Source: Bugula neritina
Lineage: Eukaryota > Animalia > Bryozoa
Reading direction: 5' to 3'
Length of the DNA stretch: 64,000 nt
NCBI GenBank assembly: GCA_964035545.1
Contig: OZ037767.1
Coordinates: 6,774,707-6,838,706, forward strand
The notes under the pieces are model-generated. The model saw only the letters and a list, made by a program, of their open reading frames with translations. It was not told where the DNA came from and did no database searches. A program made the translations under genes and the position numbers. Position 1 is the first letter of the stretch; every line of letters begins with the position of its first letter. Of this stretch, positions 54,582 through 63,794 are shown piece by piece.

Positions 54582-54890
54582 TGTTATGATTTTCAGAATT
54601 AGGGTTGATATGCAATCCAGAGAGTCTAATTACTTGCTATAGAACTGCACCAGGATAAGTCGAGTGAACGAGTATATATTTTAAACACACAGATACATTA
54701 CAAAAACGATACAAACACATTTGACAATTCACACATCTAGACTATTCAACACTCTAACTTCGACTGACTGACAGCGGGAAAACTATGATTGCTGCTAACT
54801 AACTCGAAGCCGCTAATTGGCTATCAATTGTTCCGGGTCAATTACGCGACCCTATATACTGTGCTGCTGGTAGCTCCACGAGCCACCACA
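54582..54890 (-). repeat. 3' LTR of element 2
   Basis: TG...CA termini; matches 61786-62094. Confidence 0.96.
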
Positions 54891-54910
54891 CCGCCCCCAC
54901 CAGCAGAAAG
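54891..54910 (-). other. Polypurine tract of element 2
   Basis: Minus strand CTTTCTGCTGGTGGGGGCGG abuts the 3' LTR. Confidence 0.75.
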
Positions 54911-55182
54911 CCCTCTTTCTGATATAAAAAAAAACATTCGTCATTAACCACATACATCAATAGACCAAAAGATAATACATAACACATATAAAGATATCTA
55001 ATAACAGACAGAGTCATTATAACAGCAAGTAACATACAATTGGCCAGCTATAGAGGAGGAATACCGGCTAGCTGTGGTATTGGACAAGGAGTCGACCTGT
55101 CGAGCAGTCAAGCATTTACATGATAGTCTTGGGTCTCCCAAGAGGACGAAGTTGTGGATTATTCCGGGTAGCAGAACCAGAG

Positions 55183-56255
55183 TCAATGTTGGGCACGCCG
55201 ATGTTTGGCTTGGCATGTACGTAGCTTCCGCTTAATCCGGCCCACTGATCCTTTCAGTTGGAAGAGCCCCGTCGTGGTATTGAGCAGGTCGGGTGCTAAC
55301 TGGGTAAATTCCTCCTGCAGTCGGAGGAGACGCTCCTCTACTGTGGCTAGGCGAGCAGGGTCTGGGGACGGTGTCCGTCTGCGGCGCAGAGGGGGACTGG
55401 GAGACCTGGTTCGTCTCTTCATCGGGGTAGGGGAGACCTCTCCTTCTTCGGGATAGGAAAACTCTTCGGGGGTGTACGCAATCTGAGGGCGGTCAGATAC
55501 CAATGGAGATTGTTGCCTGGCATTGTCTAGTACACGCTGGAAACCTGAGGTCAGGACGGCTAACAACATCGCCTTCTTTACTAGGGGTCGTATCAGAGTG
55601 AGGAATTCTGGATAGAGCTTGGCATCTACCACGTAATTCTCTCCGGAGAAACAGCCTGTTGCTCGATGTCTGGTGACAGGGTAGGGGTAGACATCATTGT
55701 ATCCGCAGGGGCAGAATGTGAGTAAGAGATGGGCGTTGACGTGTAGCTTCAAGGAGCGGTGAGAGGCACATTCTTCGCCACAAATCTGGCACCGCGTCCG
55801 TCCTCTGGACCCCCAGGCCGTTTCTATCTGCTCCTCTGTTTCTGGAGACACCCACCGCCAACGGCGGCGCAGTGGCTCGGGCCGGTCACCATTGGCATAC
55901 TCCTCAGGATGCGGAGCGGGAAGTGCTCTATCCCGTACCCTGGTTGTAGCGGGTCGAGTGTAATCTGAAAAAGTTTCAACAGTGTTAGTACAGTACACTG
56001 CCGTGTTGTCGGCTTGAATAGCCTGGCAACTCCTCATTCAGTTACCTCGTAGAGATCTATGGTAGTGAATAGTCAGATAGAACACGTATTGCAATGAGAT
56101 TATAAAAATCTCTAAGTCAAACTGAGTTCTTACTACGGTATTTCACTAACCTATCTCCAGCTCAATTGACTCGGTGAGTCGGAGCTGAGCGATGCAATCT
56201 AGTTTCCATATTAAGATATAGTTAACTCACCCCACGATCTGTTGTCGTACGACAT
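55183..56255 (-). CDS. Retrotransposon accessory ORF3: zinc-finger/Arg-rich/coiled-coil protein; predicted exons 56255-56231 and 55964-55183, 268 aa
   Basis: CQIC-x12-HVNAH finger, CPC...H...C cluster, RRTRSPSPPLRRRRTPSP and heptad C-terminus. Micro-exon MSYDNRSW, G|GTGAGT donor, TACTAAC branch point (55990-55984) and TTTTTCAG|AT acceptor join in frame. Confidence 0.78.
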
Positions 56256-56279
56256 ACTGAATTTGTGAAATGGTTTGAA

Positions 56280-56528
56280 CTACTGCTTAGAAACACGTCT
56301 ACTCCTGACTGCATCAGCGTATGAAAAGATCGAGCAACGTGGTTGGGGTGCGTGATTAAGACTTTGTGCACCCGGCGGATGAATTTTGTTTCTATTTCCG
56401 CCGATACAAAAGTTGATATTTCCGTGGTGTTGACAACTCCCACATTTGCTCGATACTTTTCTCGTACGGTTTTCCCCTAGACTTTCATATGCGCCACTTT
56501 TAACGCAGTCGCATACGAAGTCCTTCAA
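56280..56528 (-). other. Out-of-frame C-terminal tail of Pol
   Basis: Homologous to the in-frame tail of the element 1 ORF; rejoined to Pol by removing one base from the G7 run at 56535-56541. Confidence 0.7.
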
Positions 56529-59500
56529 ATATGCGGGGGGGTTGCCTCGTACGTTGTCCCCTTTCTAGGGGGGGTGACACGCTCGCCGGTTTATTAGCAG
56601 GGGCCTCTAATGGCGTCTCTACTTCACCGTTGGCGGTCACTTCTTCTTGTTCTCCGGATGGAGCCCCTCCCTCCGTGGGGGTTTGCACTTCCGGAACCGG
56701 CCCGGTTTCTGGAAGTGATGGAGTTAGACTTGGTGGCGGCGGACACGCTTCTGTTGGCAAAAGCTGTCGCTCTTCTCTCACCAAGTTTTCCTCCCGCGGT
56801 ATGACCACTTCATATTCAGGTCCATGCCGCCGTCGCCCGCGCGTTGTTGTCTGCCTCCTGGGCTCCAACAACGGGGGGGCTTCTCCCACTGCGTCGGGGC
56901 TAGCCCAATACGGCTTCAAGCGAGACTCATTCTGGATAGACACCTGTCCTGAGCGCTCAATCTTGTACGTATGGTTGGGCATAGCCTCGACGATCACGTA
57001 GGGTCCCACGAACTTAGGCTTTAATTTGTCAGCCTGCCCGTGACGCCTACGGTAATTGACCATCCACACCTTATCTCCCGTTTGGTAGAGAGGTGGTTCC
57101 TCGGAATCTTCGTGCCGCACCTTCCACTGCTGTTCGCGCAGTATATCGTGTGCGGCCTTCATCCGTTCCACTAGTTCACTGGCATACTCGTGAATCGAGT
57201 TGTCTAGCTCTGGAACGTGGTAGGTGAGATGGTCAGGTACCCGGGTTTCTCTCCCGAGCATCAAGAGGTTTGGGGTCTCACCAGTACTGGTGTGTGGGGT
57301 GCTACGGTATGCGCGCATGACCTGCGGCAATACCGTGTCCCATTCCTCTTGACTGCGTCCAAGGAGGAGACTCCGGAGCGCATCACCTAGCATCCGGTTG
57401 TTGCGCTCCACCACCCCATTACCTTGTGGGTGATAGGGGGTGGTCCTGCTCTGATTTACTCCCCAGAGGCGACAAAGGTCGCTCATCAGTTGAGACTGGA
57501 ATTGAGCGCCTTGATCAGAGTGTATCTGCTCGGGGAGACCGAAATAACAGAATACATGTTGGTCTAGTACCCTGGCCACTGTCGGGGCTGACGCATCTGG
57601 GATAGCCAGAGCATCCGCCCACCTAGTAAAGTGGTCGGTTAATACTAATATCCAACTATTGCCTCTGGGGGTCAGGGGCATGGGTCCGACCAGGTCTACA
57701 GCGACTACTTGCCAGGGCCTTCCAGCATATAGCCTCCGCCGTCCCGCTTCACCAGGGAGACGGCTATGCTTACTGGCCTGGCAGATCTCACACTGTTTGA
57801 CTCTGAGTCGGACGTCACGCTCCATGCGTGGCCAATACCACCGGAGTCGTAATTTGGACATCACTCTCTTGACCCCTGCGTGGGCCTGTTTGTGAGTATC
57901 CCAAATCAACTCACGGCGGATGGCAGTGGGGCAGACTACCCTCTTCCTCTCCGGATGTCTGCCGCTGGCGGCTAGAGAGATGGTTAGTAAACCATCCTGC
58001 CCGATCCGCAGCGAGTCCCAACGCTGACAGTATAGCCGGAACTCGGCGCATCCCTGTCGTATGCGTTCCTCGCTGGGTCGTCGCCCTTCCCTCTTGGCCC
58101 GATATATGTCTGCCACGACTCCAGGCAGCTCTTCTTGGAGCTTCTTCAGCTCTCGGACATTATCGGCCAGTACAGGGTTGGCGCGGAGGTTTTGTACAAC
58201 CTCCGGGGACTCGTCAACCTCCTGTCCGAGTTGACCCTGGTCCCAGTCAAACGGTGCTCCGTGGTGAGCCAGCGTCTCCAACTCACATCGCGGGGGACCT
58301 CCATCCCTCCTCTCGATGTGGAGACACTGTTTGCAACCTCCATCAGGTCGGCGACTCAAACCATCCGCATTGCTGTGTCTCTTGCCCGGTCGATGTTCGA
58401 TCCGGTATGAGAATTCAGCTAGGATTTCGAGCCACCGGGCGACCTGACTAGAGGGCTCTGCTCTCTTGCACAACCAGATCAGCGAGGCATGATCCGTACG
58501 CAGCCGGAACTTCCTGCCATATAGGTATGGTCTGAAGTGCTTCACTGACTTGATTACTGCCAGCAGCTCCTTGCGGGTAGTGCAGTAATTTCGTTCAGTG
58601 GGTGAGAGAGACTTGCTGTAGTAGGCTACTACTACTTCTCGGCCTTCCTGCACTTGAGACAGCACAGCGCCAACATTTTGGTCACTGGCGTCAGTGTCGA
58701 GGATGTACTCCAGAGTGGAGTCTGGGTAGGCCAAGATGGGCGCCGTTAGTAGGCAGCCCTTGAGGCGGTCGAACGCTCCTTGTTCGACTGGGGTCCACTG
58801 CCACGTCACTCCCTTTGCGGTGAGCCGGTTTAACGGCTGTGCTATGCCCGCAAAGTCTGGTATGTATTGTCTGTAATACCCTACCAGCCCCAAGAAAGCC
58901 CGGAGTCCGGTCAAGTCTTGGGGGGTGACCCAGTCTTCTATTGCCCGTACCTTCTCGGGATCCGTTGCCACGCCGTTTCGACCGACAACGTGCCTCAGGT
59001 ACTTAACCTCTGGCTGCAATAGAGCGCACTTGGAAGGTTTGAGCTTAAGACCGGCACCTTGGAGTCTCTCAAAGACCTCCTGCAGACGACTGACATGCGT
59101 CTCGAAGTCTGGGGAGATCACGATGACATCATCGAGGTAGATCAGCAGTGTCTTCCAATGGAGCCCGCTGAGGACTTGCTCCATCAACCTCTGGAAGGTG
59201 GCTGGGGCGGAGGTTAACCCGAACGGCAACACCTTCCACTTCCACAAACCGTCCCGTGTGATAAACGCCGCTTTCTCCTGGGCGTCGGGACTCAGAGGAA
59301 CTTGCCAATAGCCACTCAGCAAGTCTAACGTACTGAAGTACTTGCTGCCGGCTAGGTCGTCCAATGACTCGTCAATACGAGGTAGAGGGTAGGCGTCCTG
59401 TATGGTTACGCTATTGAGTTTGCGGTAATCCACACAGAACCGCCAACTGCCGTCTTTCTTCCGGACCAGTACGACCGGCGAGCTCCACGCACTATGGGCG

Positions 59501-60852
59501 GGCTCTATCAGTCCCCGGTCCAGAAGATCCCGTACTTGTCGGCTAACCTCCTTCTCTTTCTCCGGCCCCAGCCTACGTGTGGGTTGCCGGACAGGGACTG
59601 TCCCTGCAGTCAGCGGTATTTCGTGTCTGACAACTCCAGTCAGCCCCACGTCATGATCTCCGCTGCTGAACACATCACCGTAGTCGCGTAGTAACTTCGC
59701 CATAGCTTGGCGTTCTTTGTTACTCGCGCAGCCGCCACAGGCTGTGTCATACAACTCCCGGAGATGTGCTGGGACTGTCCCTCGCCCTTGAGTAGGGCAC
59801 CGAGGGAATGCCTCCGTCGCATCACCCAGCGACGGGCCTACGTCCTCCTCCTGAACAGAGTGAAAACGGCCCAGCATAGACCCAGCCGGAAGCTTGACAG
59901 ACTCGGTAAAGGGGTTGACGCACTGCACTAAGATCTCCCCTTGCTCAGTCAGCTGATTCAGACTGCTGGCAAGTTGGATCTTTTCGTGCGCGCCTTCAAC
60001 TACCCCGAGTCCAGAGATCCGGCTATTGTTCACCCTGCAGTGAATGGTAGCCCGGGAGCGGCCTGGTATGGTACGGTTGCGTACCACCTGCACACCTCCC
60101 ACTAAAGGGCGGCCGAACTTGTCGACGCAGGCGAGTTCTCGCCCGGACATCATCATCGCAGATTTACTAAAATCGATGTGACATCCGTGCCGTTTTAGGA
60201 ATGGCATCCCGAGGATGGCGTCCTCCTTGAGCTGACTGACGATGAACGTCTCTTGGATCGTTTGATCACGGACTCGTCCCGTCAGCTCAATTATACCATA
60301 GAAGGGAAGGCACGACCCGTCAGCTAGGGTGCCATACTCCCCCTCGTATGATTCCATCTCGCCCCTGACCCTAGCACTGAGGGTGTCGAAGAGTTGGCGG
60401 CTTAAGAGGTTTGTGGTACAGCCCGAATCAATGAGGAAAGTAACAGCTTTGCCTTCCAGTTTACCGGGCAAGAAATAGCTGTTCCCATGGGGCTGCACCT
60501 GAACTCTCTCTTCAGGCCTTACTCTCGCAGGGAGTACCTCCCTCGCTTTGGGTCGCGAAGGAGGTCTCTTGGGATGGTGGTAAGTAGGCCTCGGAGGTGC
60601 CGAGGCTAGATTTCCGGCTACCTTTGTTGGCTCCCATCCAGATTCTTGGGCTGGTAGCCCTTCGAATCGATTGTGGAGGGGCATGGAAAAGGTAGCGGCG
60701 GGGCGGAGCCCCTTGCTGGTCCGTCGTGGCTGTTGCCACTGTCGGTTGCCAGTACGCGGTGCCCGTCTGGGTGACCTGCGTTTCTTCTTCCCTGGAGGTT
60801 TCATCGTCGGCCCGCAGGAGGTGGGAACATCTGCGGGCCGCGGTAGTTTAAC
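56500..60852 (-). CDS. pol: Pol polyprotein (protease, RT, RNase H, integrase), expressed by -1 frameshift from gag
   Basis: LIDSG; WRFCVDYRKLN; LPFGL; YLDD; LDTDAS...TDH...ADGLSR; HHCC; DLVGP...HSDQG...GVVER; GPY motif. Confidence 0.96.
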   Translation of the reverse strand, partial: VKLPRPADVPTSCGPTMKPPGKKKRRSPRRAPRTGNRQWQQPRRTSKGLRPAATFSMPLHNRFEGLPAQESGWEPTKVAGNLASAPPRPTYHHPKRPPSRPKAREVLPARVRPEERVQVQPHGNSYFLPGKLEGKAVTFLIDSGCTTNLLSRQLFDTLSARVRGEMESYEGEYGTLADGSCLPFYGIIELTGRVRDQTIQETFIVSQLKEDAILGMPFLKRHGCHIDFSKSAMMMSGRELACVDKFGRPLVGGVQVVRNRTIPGRSRATIHCRVNNSRISGLGVVEGAHEKIQLASSLNQLTEQGEILVQCVNPFTESVKLPAGSMLGRFHSVQEEDVGPSLGDATEAFPRCPTQGRGTVPAHLRELYDTACGGCASNKERQAMAKLLRDYGDVFSSGDHDVGLTGVVRHEIPLTAGTVPVRQPTRRLGPEKEKEVSRQVRDLLDRGLIEPAHSAWSSPVVLVRKKDGSWRFCVDYRKLNSVTIQDAYPLPRIDESLDDLAGSKYFSTLDLLSGYWQVPLSPDAQEKAAFITRDGLWKWKVLPFGLTSAPATFQRLMEQVLSGLHWKTLLIYLDDVIVISPDFETHVSRLQEVFERLQGAGLKLKPSKCALLQPEVKYLRHVVGRNGVATDPEKVRAIEDWVTPQDLTGLRAFLGLVGYYRQYIPDFAGIAQPLNRLTAKGVTWQWTPVEQGAFDRLKGCLLTAPILAYPDSTLEYILDTDASDQNVGAVLSQVQEGREVVVAYYSKSLSPTERNYCTTRKELLAVIKSVKHFRPYLYGRKFRLRTDHASLIWLCKRAEPSSQVARWLEILAEFSYRIEHRPGKRHSNADGLSRRPDGGCKQCLHIERRDGGPPRCELETLAHHGAPFDWDQGQLGQEVDESPEVVQNLRANPVLADNVRELKKLQEELPGVVADIYRAKREGRRPSEERIRQGCAEFRLYCQRWDSLRIGQDGLLTISLAASGRHPERKRVVCPTAIRRELIWDTHKQAHAGVKRVMSKLRLRWYWPRMERDVRLRVKQCEICQASKHSRLPGEAGRRRLYAGRPWQVVAVDLVGPMPLTPRGNSWILVLTDHFTRWADALAIPDASAPTVARVLDQHVFCYFGLPEQIHSDQGAQFQSQLMSDLCRLWGVNQSRTTPYHPQGNGVVERNNRMLGDALRSLLLGRSQEEWDTVLPQVMRAYRSTPHTSTGETPNLLMLGRETRVPDHLTYHVPELDNSIHEYASELVERMKAAHDILREQQWKVRHEDSEEPPLYQTGDKVWMVNYRRRHGQADKLKPKFVGPYVIVEAMPNHTYKIERSGQVSIQNESRLKPYWASPDAVGEAPPLLEPRRQTTTRGRRRHGPEYEVVIPREENLVREERQLLPTEACPPPPSLTPSLPETGPVPEVQTPTEGGAPSGEQEEVTANGEVETPLEAPANKPASVSPPLERGQRTRQPPRIFEGLRMRLR

Positions 60853-61754
60853 CCCGGAGTTAGGAAGGGACAGTACCTGCGGAAATGTCCTTGATTTCCG
60901 CATTCCCAGCAAAAACTGACCGTTTCCCCCTGTGGCGGCGCCGGTGGCCGTACGGGCTCAGCGGCGGTACCTACTGGGGTTTGGGGTGTCAGTGTTGCTA
61001 TCAGTTTGGCCAGCATGTCTGTCAGTTGAGTGACTTTTGATGCTGTCGCTAACTGAGCCACGGCAGCCGTGGCGGAGGTTTCCTCCTCTCGTCCTGCTGC
61101 CGTGTCCGTGCGGTCTACCTCCACTTGACGGGAGCTCCCGCGACTTTTATGCATTTGACTTGCTAGGAGGTAAGCTTCCCCCTCAGTCAGAGCATTTTCA
61201 ACGGTGGTGACTCCCCTAGCTAGAAACTGGTGGTGGAGACCCAAATCGTCGACAGATGCTATGAAAGCGTCGAGGGTATACCTCTCGCGGTTGACTGGGG
61301 GCAAGTCGCTGTATGCGATCTGTGCCAGCTTCATGACCGCGGCGGCATGCTCTCGCAGCGGGGTGCGGGGATCACGCCGCAACCTCTGCAATCGGGCCCT
61401 GGCATCTGTAGCAGAGAGGCCGAAGCGGGCCCGCAGAGAAGCAAAGATATTATCGATGTCTACGCCCAGCCCATAAGGCTTGGCTTTGTCCATCAATGCC
61501 ATTCTAAGCTTTAGCAGGGCCACCCTAGGGGGCCACTGGGCGACGTCCATTACGTCGCTAAACTCTTGGATGAATTGTTCCACCTCCTCTTCGCCCGTGA
61601 AGGTGGGCGCCTTTAACCGGTAGCGGTCTTCAGTTAGTTCTCGCGGAACCCTTCGCTCTTCTACTACATGGTTAATAGGCATTGTCTCTACAGCATTGTC
61701 TCTACGCTCACCTTCTACTGCCGGTGGTTGCGTTCCAGCATTTTCAGTCTCCAT
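60801..61754 (-). CDS. gag: Gag (317 aa) with CCHC zinc knuckle
   Basis: ATG just after the PBS; KAPTFTG...FIQEF capsid-like region; CWECGNQGHFRRYC. Confidence 0.93.
   Translation of the reverse strand: METENAGTQPPAVEGERRDNAVETMPINHVVEERRVPRELTEDRYRLKAPTFTGEEEVEQFIQEFSDVMDVAQWPPRVALLKLRMALMDKAKPYGLGVDIDNIFASLRARFGLSATDARARLQRLRRDPRTPLREHAAAVMKLAQIAYSDLPPVNRERYTLDAFIASVDDLGLHHQFLARGVTTVENALTEGEAYLLASQMHKSRGSSRQVEVDRTDTAAGREEETSATAAVAQLATASKVTQLTDMLAKLIATLTPQTPVGTAAEPVRPPAPPQGETVSFCWECGNQGHFRRYCPFLTPGLNYRGPQMFPPPAGRR
60808..60852 (-). promoter_or_regulatory. -1 programmed ribosomal frameshift signal
   Basis: G_UUA_AAC in the gag frame (60852-60846), a 5-nt spacer and a perfect 10-bp GC stem CGGCCCGCAG/CUGCGGGCCG, all inside the gag/pol overlap. 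Confidence 0.8.
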
Positions 61755-61766
61755 CTTGGATGCACT

Positions 61767-61784
61767 ATCCCACCGCTGCCACCA
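61767..61784 (-). promoter_or_regulatory. Primer binding site, tRNA-Leu type
   Basis: TGGTGGCAGCGGTGGGAT (18 nt), 1 nt from the LTR. Confidence 0.9.
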
Positions 61785-61785
61785 C

Positions 61786-62094
61786 TGTTATGATTTTCAG
61801 AATTAGGGTTGATATGCAATCCAGAGAGTCTAATTACTTGCTATAGAACTGCACCAGGATAAGTCGAGTGAACGAGTATATATTTTAAACACACAGATAC
61901 ATTACAAAAACGATACAAACACATTTGACAATTCACACATCTAGACTATTCAACACTCTAACTTCGACTGACTGACAGCGGGAAAACTATGATTGCTGCT
62001 AACTAACTCGAAGCCGCTAATTGGCTATCAATTGTTCCGGGTCAATTACGCGACCCTATATACTGTGCTGCTGGTAGCTCCACGAGCCACCACA
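61786..62094 (-). repeat. 5' LTR of element 2
   Basis: Matches 54582-54890. Confidence 0.96.
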
Positions 62095-63794
62095 ATATGA
62101 GATTTTCGACATGCTTATTCCATTTTAAATCTGCTGATAGCAATATTCCAAGGTATTTTACAACTCCAACTCTATTCAGGGGATCTTCTCCTAATTTATA
62201 AGTGAAGACATTTTCCATATTTTCTGTTTTCTTACCAAAGGTGATCACATTACTTTAATTCTTTGAGTTAAACTTCATATTGTTTTCTTTTGCCCACCTA
62301 TAAAGTCTAGAAAGATCTTCCTGTAGTTTATGATGATCATTTGGATCAGTAATGGGCAGATAAACAAGAGTGTCATCAGCAAAAAGCCTGACTGTACTAT
62401 GTGTAACGCAGTTTACAATGCCATCAATAAACAAAACGAATAATGTTAGACCCAGCACACTTCCTTGTGGAACCCCGGAAGTCACTGGTGCTAAGTCCGA
62501 AGATACCCGTCAATGACCACTCGTTGTGAGCGTCCAGTTAAGAATGATGAAACCCATCGGATAATACAGGGATTTATTTTTAACAATATCAATTTATTTA
62601 CAAGAATATGATGGTCAATTACATCAAAGGCTTTAGAAAAATCCAGCACAACTGCTTCTACAAAATGTTCTTTATCTATATGCCTTAATATATCGTGGGT
62701 GACAGTAGCGAGCTAAGTAACACATGAAAAGTTGCGGCGAAAACCATGTTGGTTTTCATGTATCAAATTTTCCAATTGTGTGTTTAAATGATGCAGAACC
62801 ACATGTTCAAGAATTTTACAACAAATGCACGTTAGTGATACTGGACGATAGTTGGAAGCTAGAGTGCGGTTACCCTGTTTAAACACAGGTGTTACATTTG
62901 CAGTCTTCCAGTCATCCAGCACTATTCCTGTATTGAGTGAATGATTGAAAATACACACCAGTATTTCTGCTGTTCGATCTAAGTCCACTGTGAGATAGTT
63001 CTTTGTGAATCCATCTACTCCAAGAGCTTTACCTTGTACAAGTTGTCTCAGCAGGTTCACAACTCTTTCTTTAGTTACCACTATATTATCTTTCTCAGTG
63101 ACTGATGGTAATTCTGGTAGAGGTGATGGAGTGGTAAATACACTGTAGAAGAAACCATTAAGAGTGTTAGATATCTTAGTTTTATCATACGTCAAGATAC
63201 CATCGTTGTTTTCTATGGAAGTAATCTCATTATAATTCCTTTTTAGTTCTTTAAAATATTTGTAAAACGGTTTTGTGTAGCCACTGGAAAGAGGTTGGTA
63301 TAGACGATTCACCAGAAAAGATGCTTTTTGTTTTCTAAATAATTTTTTTTATTACGGCGACGTAATTCTTTATATTTAGCCAAGTGATCAGCATTACCAG
63401 ACTTTTGAAAGCGGTTGTAAAACTTTCGCTGTTTCTTACATGCCCGTCTGGCTTCATCATTAAACCAGAGAGGCTCATGTAGATTTCTAGGCTTACTTTG
63501 TTTAGTTGGGACATATGAATCAACAAGTCTATGTAATTCAGTCTTAAATGTATTCCATATAACATTAATATCATATTTCAACATTACTTTGTTTTTAATA
63601 GTATAAAGCAACTCATCTAGACCAGTTGTAAACCCGCCGAGTTCGATTTTGTGGAATAGCTTGATGGGGGGGGGGGGGGATAGATGGTTTCTTCTTCTGT
63701 TCAACTTTACCAGTCAAGACTGTTTCTATCATGAAATGGTCGCTAATACCCGGTGTTATTACGTTTGTGCTTTGAACTTTATATGACAAGTCAG
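62095..63794 (-). mobile_element. Decayed APE-type non-LTR retrotransposon (LINE) ORF2, 5'-truncated
   Basis: PGISDH (end of endonuclease), NYRPVSLTCICCKILEH, QHGFR, LDFSKAFD, SGVPQGSVLG, LFADD, KYLGI; several stops and frameshifts. Clade not assigned. Confidence 0.92.

Larger units (their letters stand above)
54582..62094 (-). mobile_element. Full-length Ty3/Gypsy LTR retrotransposon (7513 bp) with extra ORF3
   Basis: 309-bp LTRs that read as identical, ATAT TSD (54578-54581 and 62095-62098), PBS, PPT, gag, and pol in PR-RT-RH-IN order. Confidence 0.97.

Noticed and set aside
55183-56037. ORF3 as an envelope gene
   Set aside because: No signal peptide, fusion peptide or transmembrane segment.
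56222-56443. 73-aa MGVVNTTEIST ORF as an alternative first exon of ORF3
   Set aside because: It reaches the donor in phase 0, which does not fit the phase-1 acceptor, and the same frame in element 1 has no ATG and has a stop.
56433-56443. Conserved UGGGA as a calicivirus-type TURBS reinitiation motif
   Set aside because: It lies about 185 nt from the ATG, much further than in known TURBS, and a 5-mer is weak evidence.
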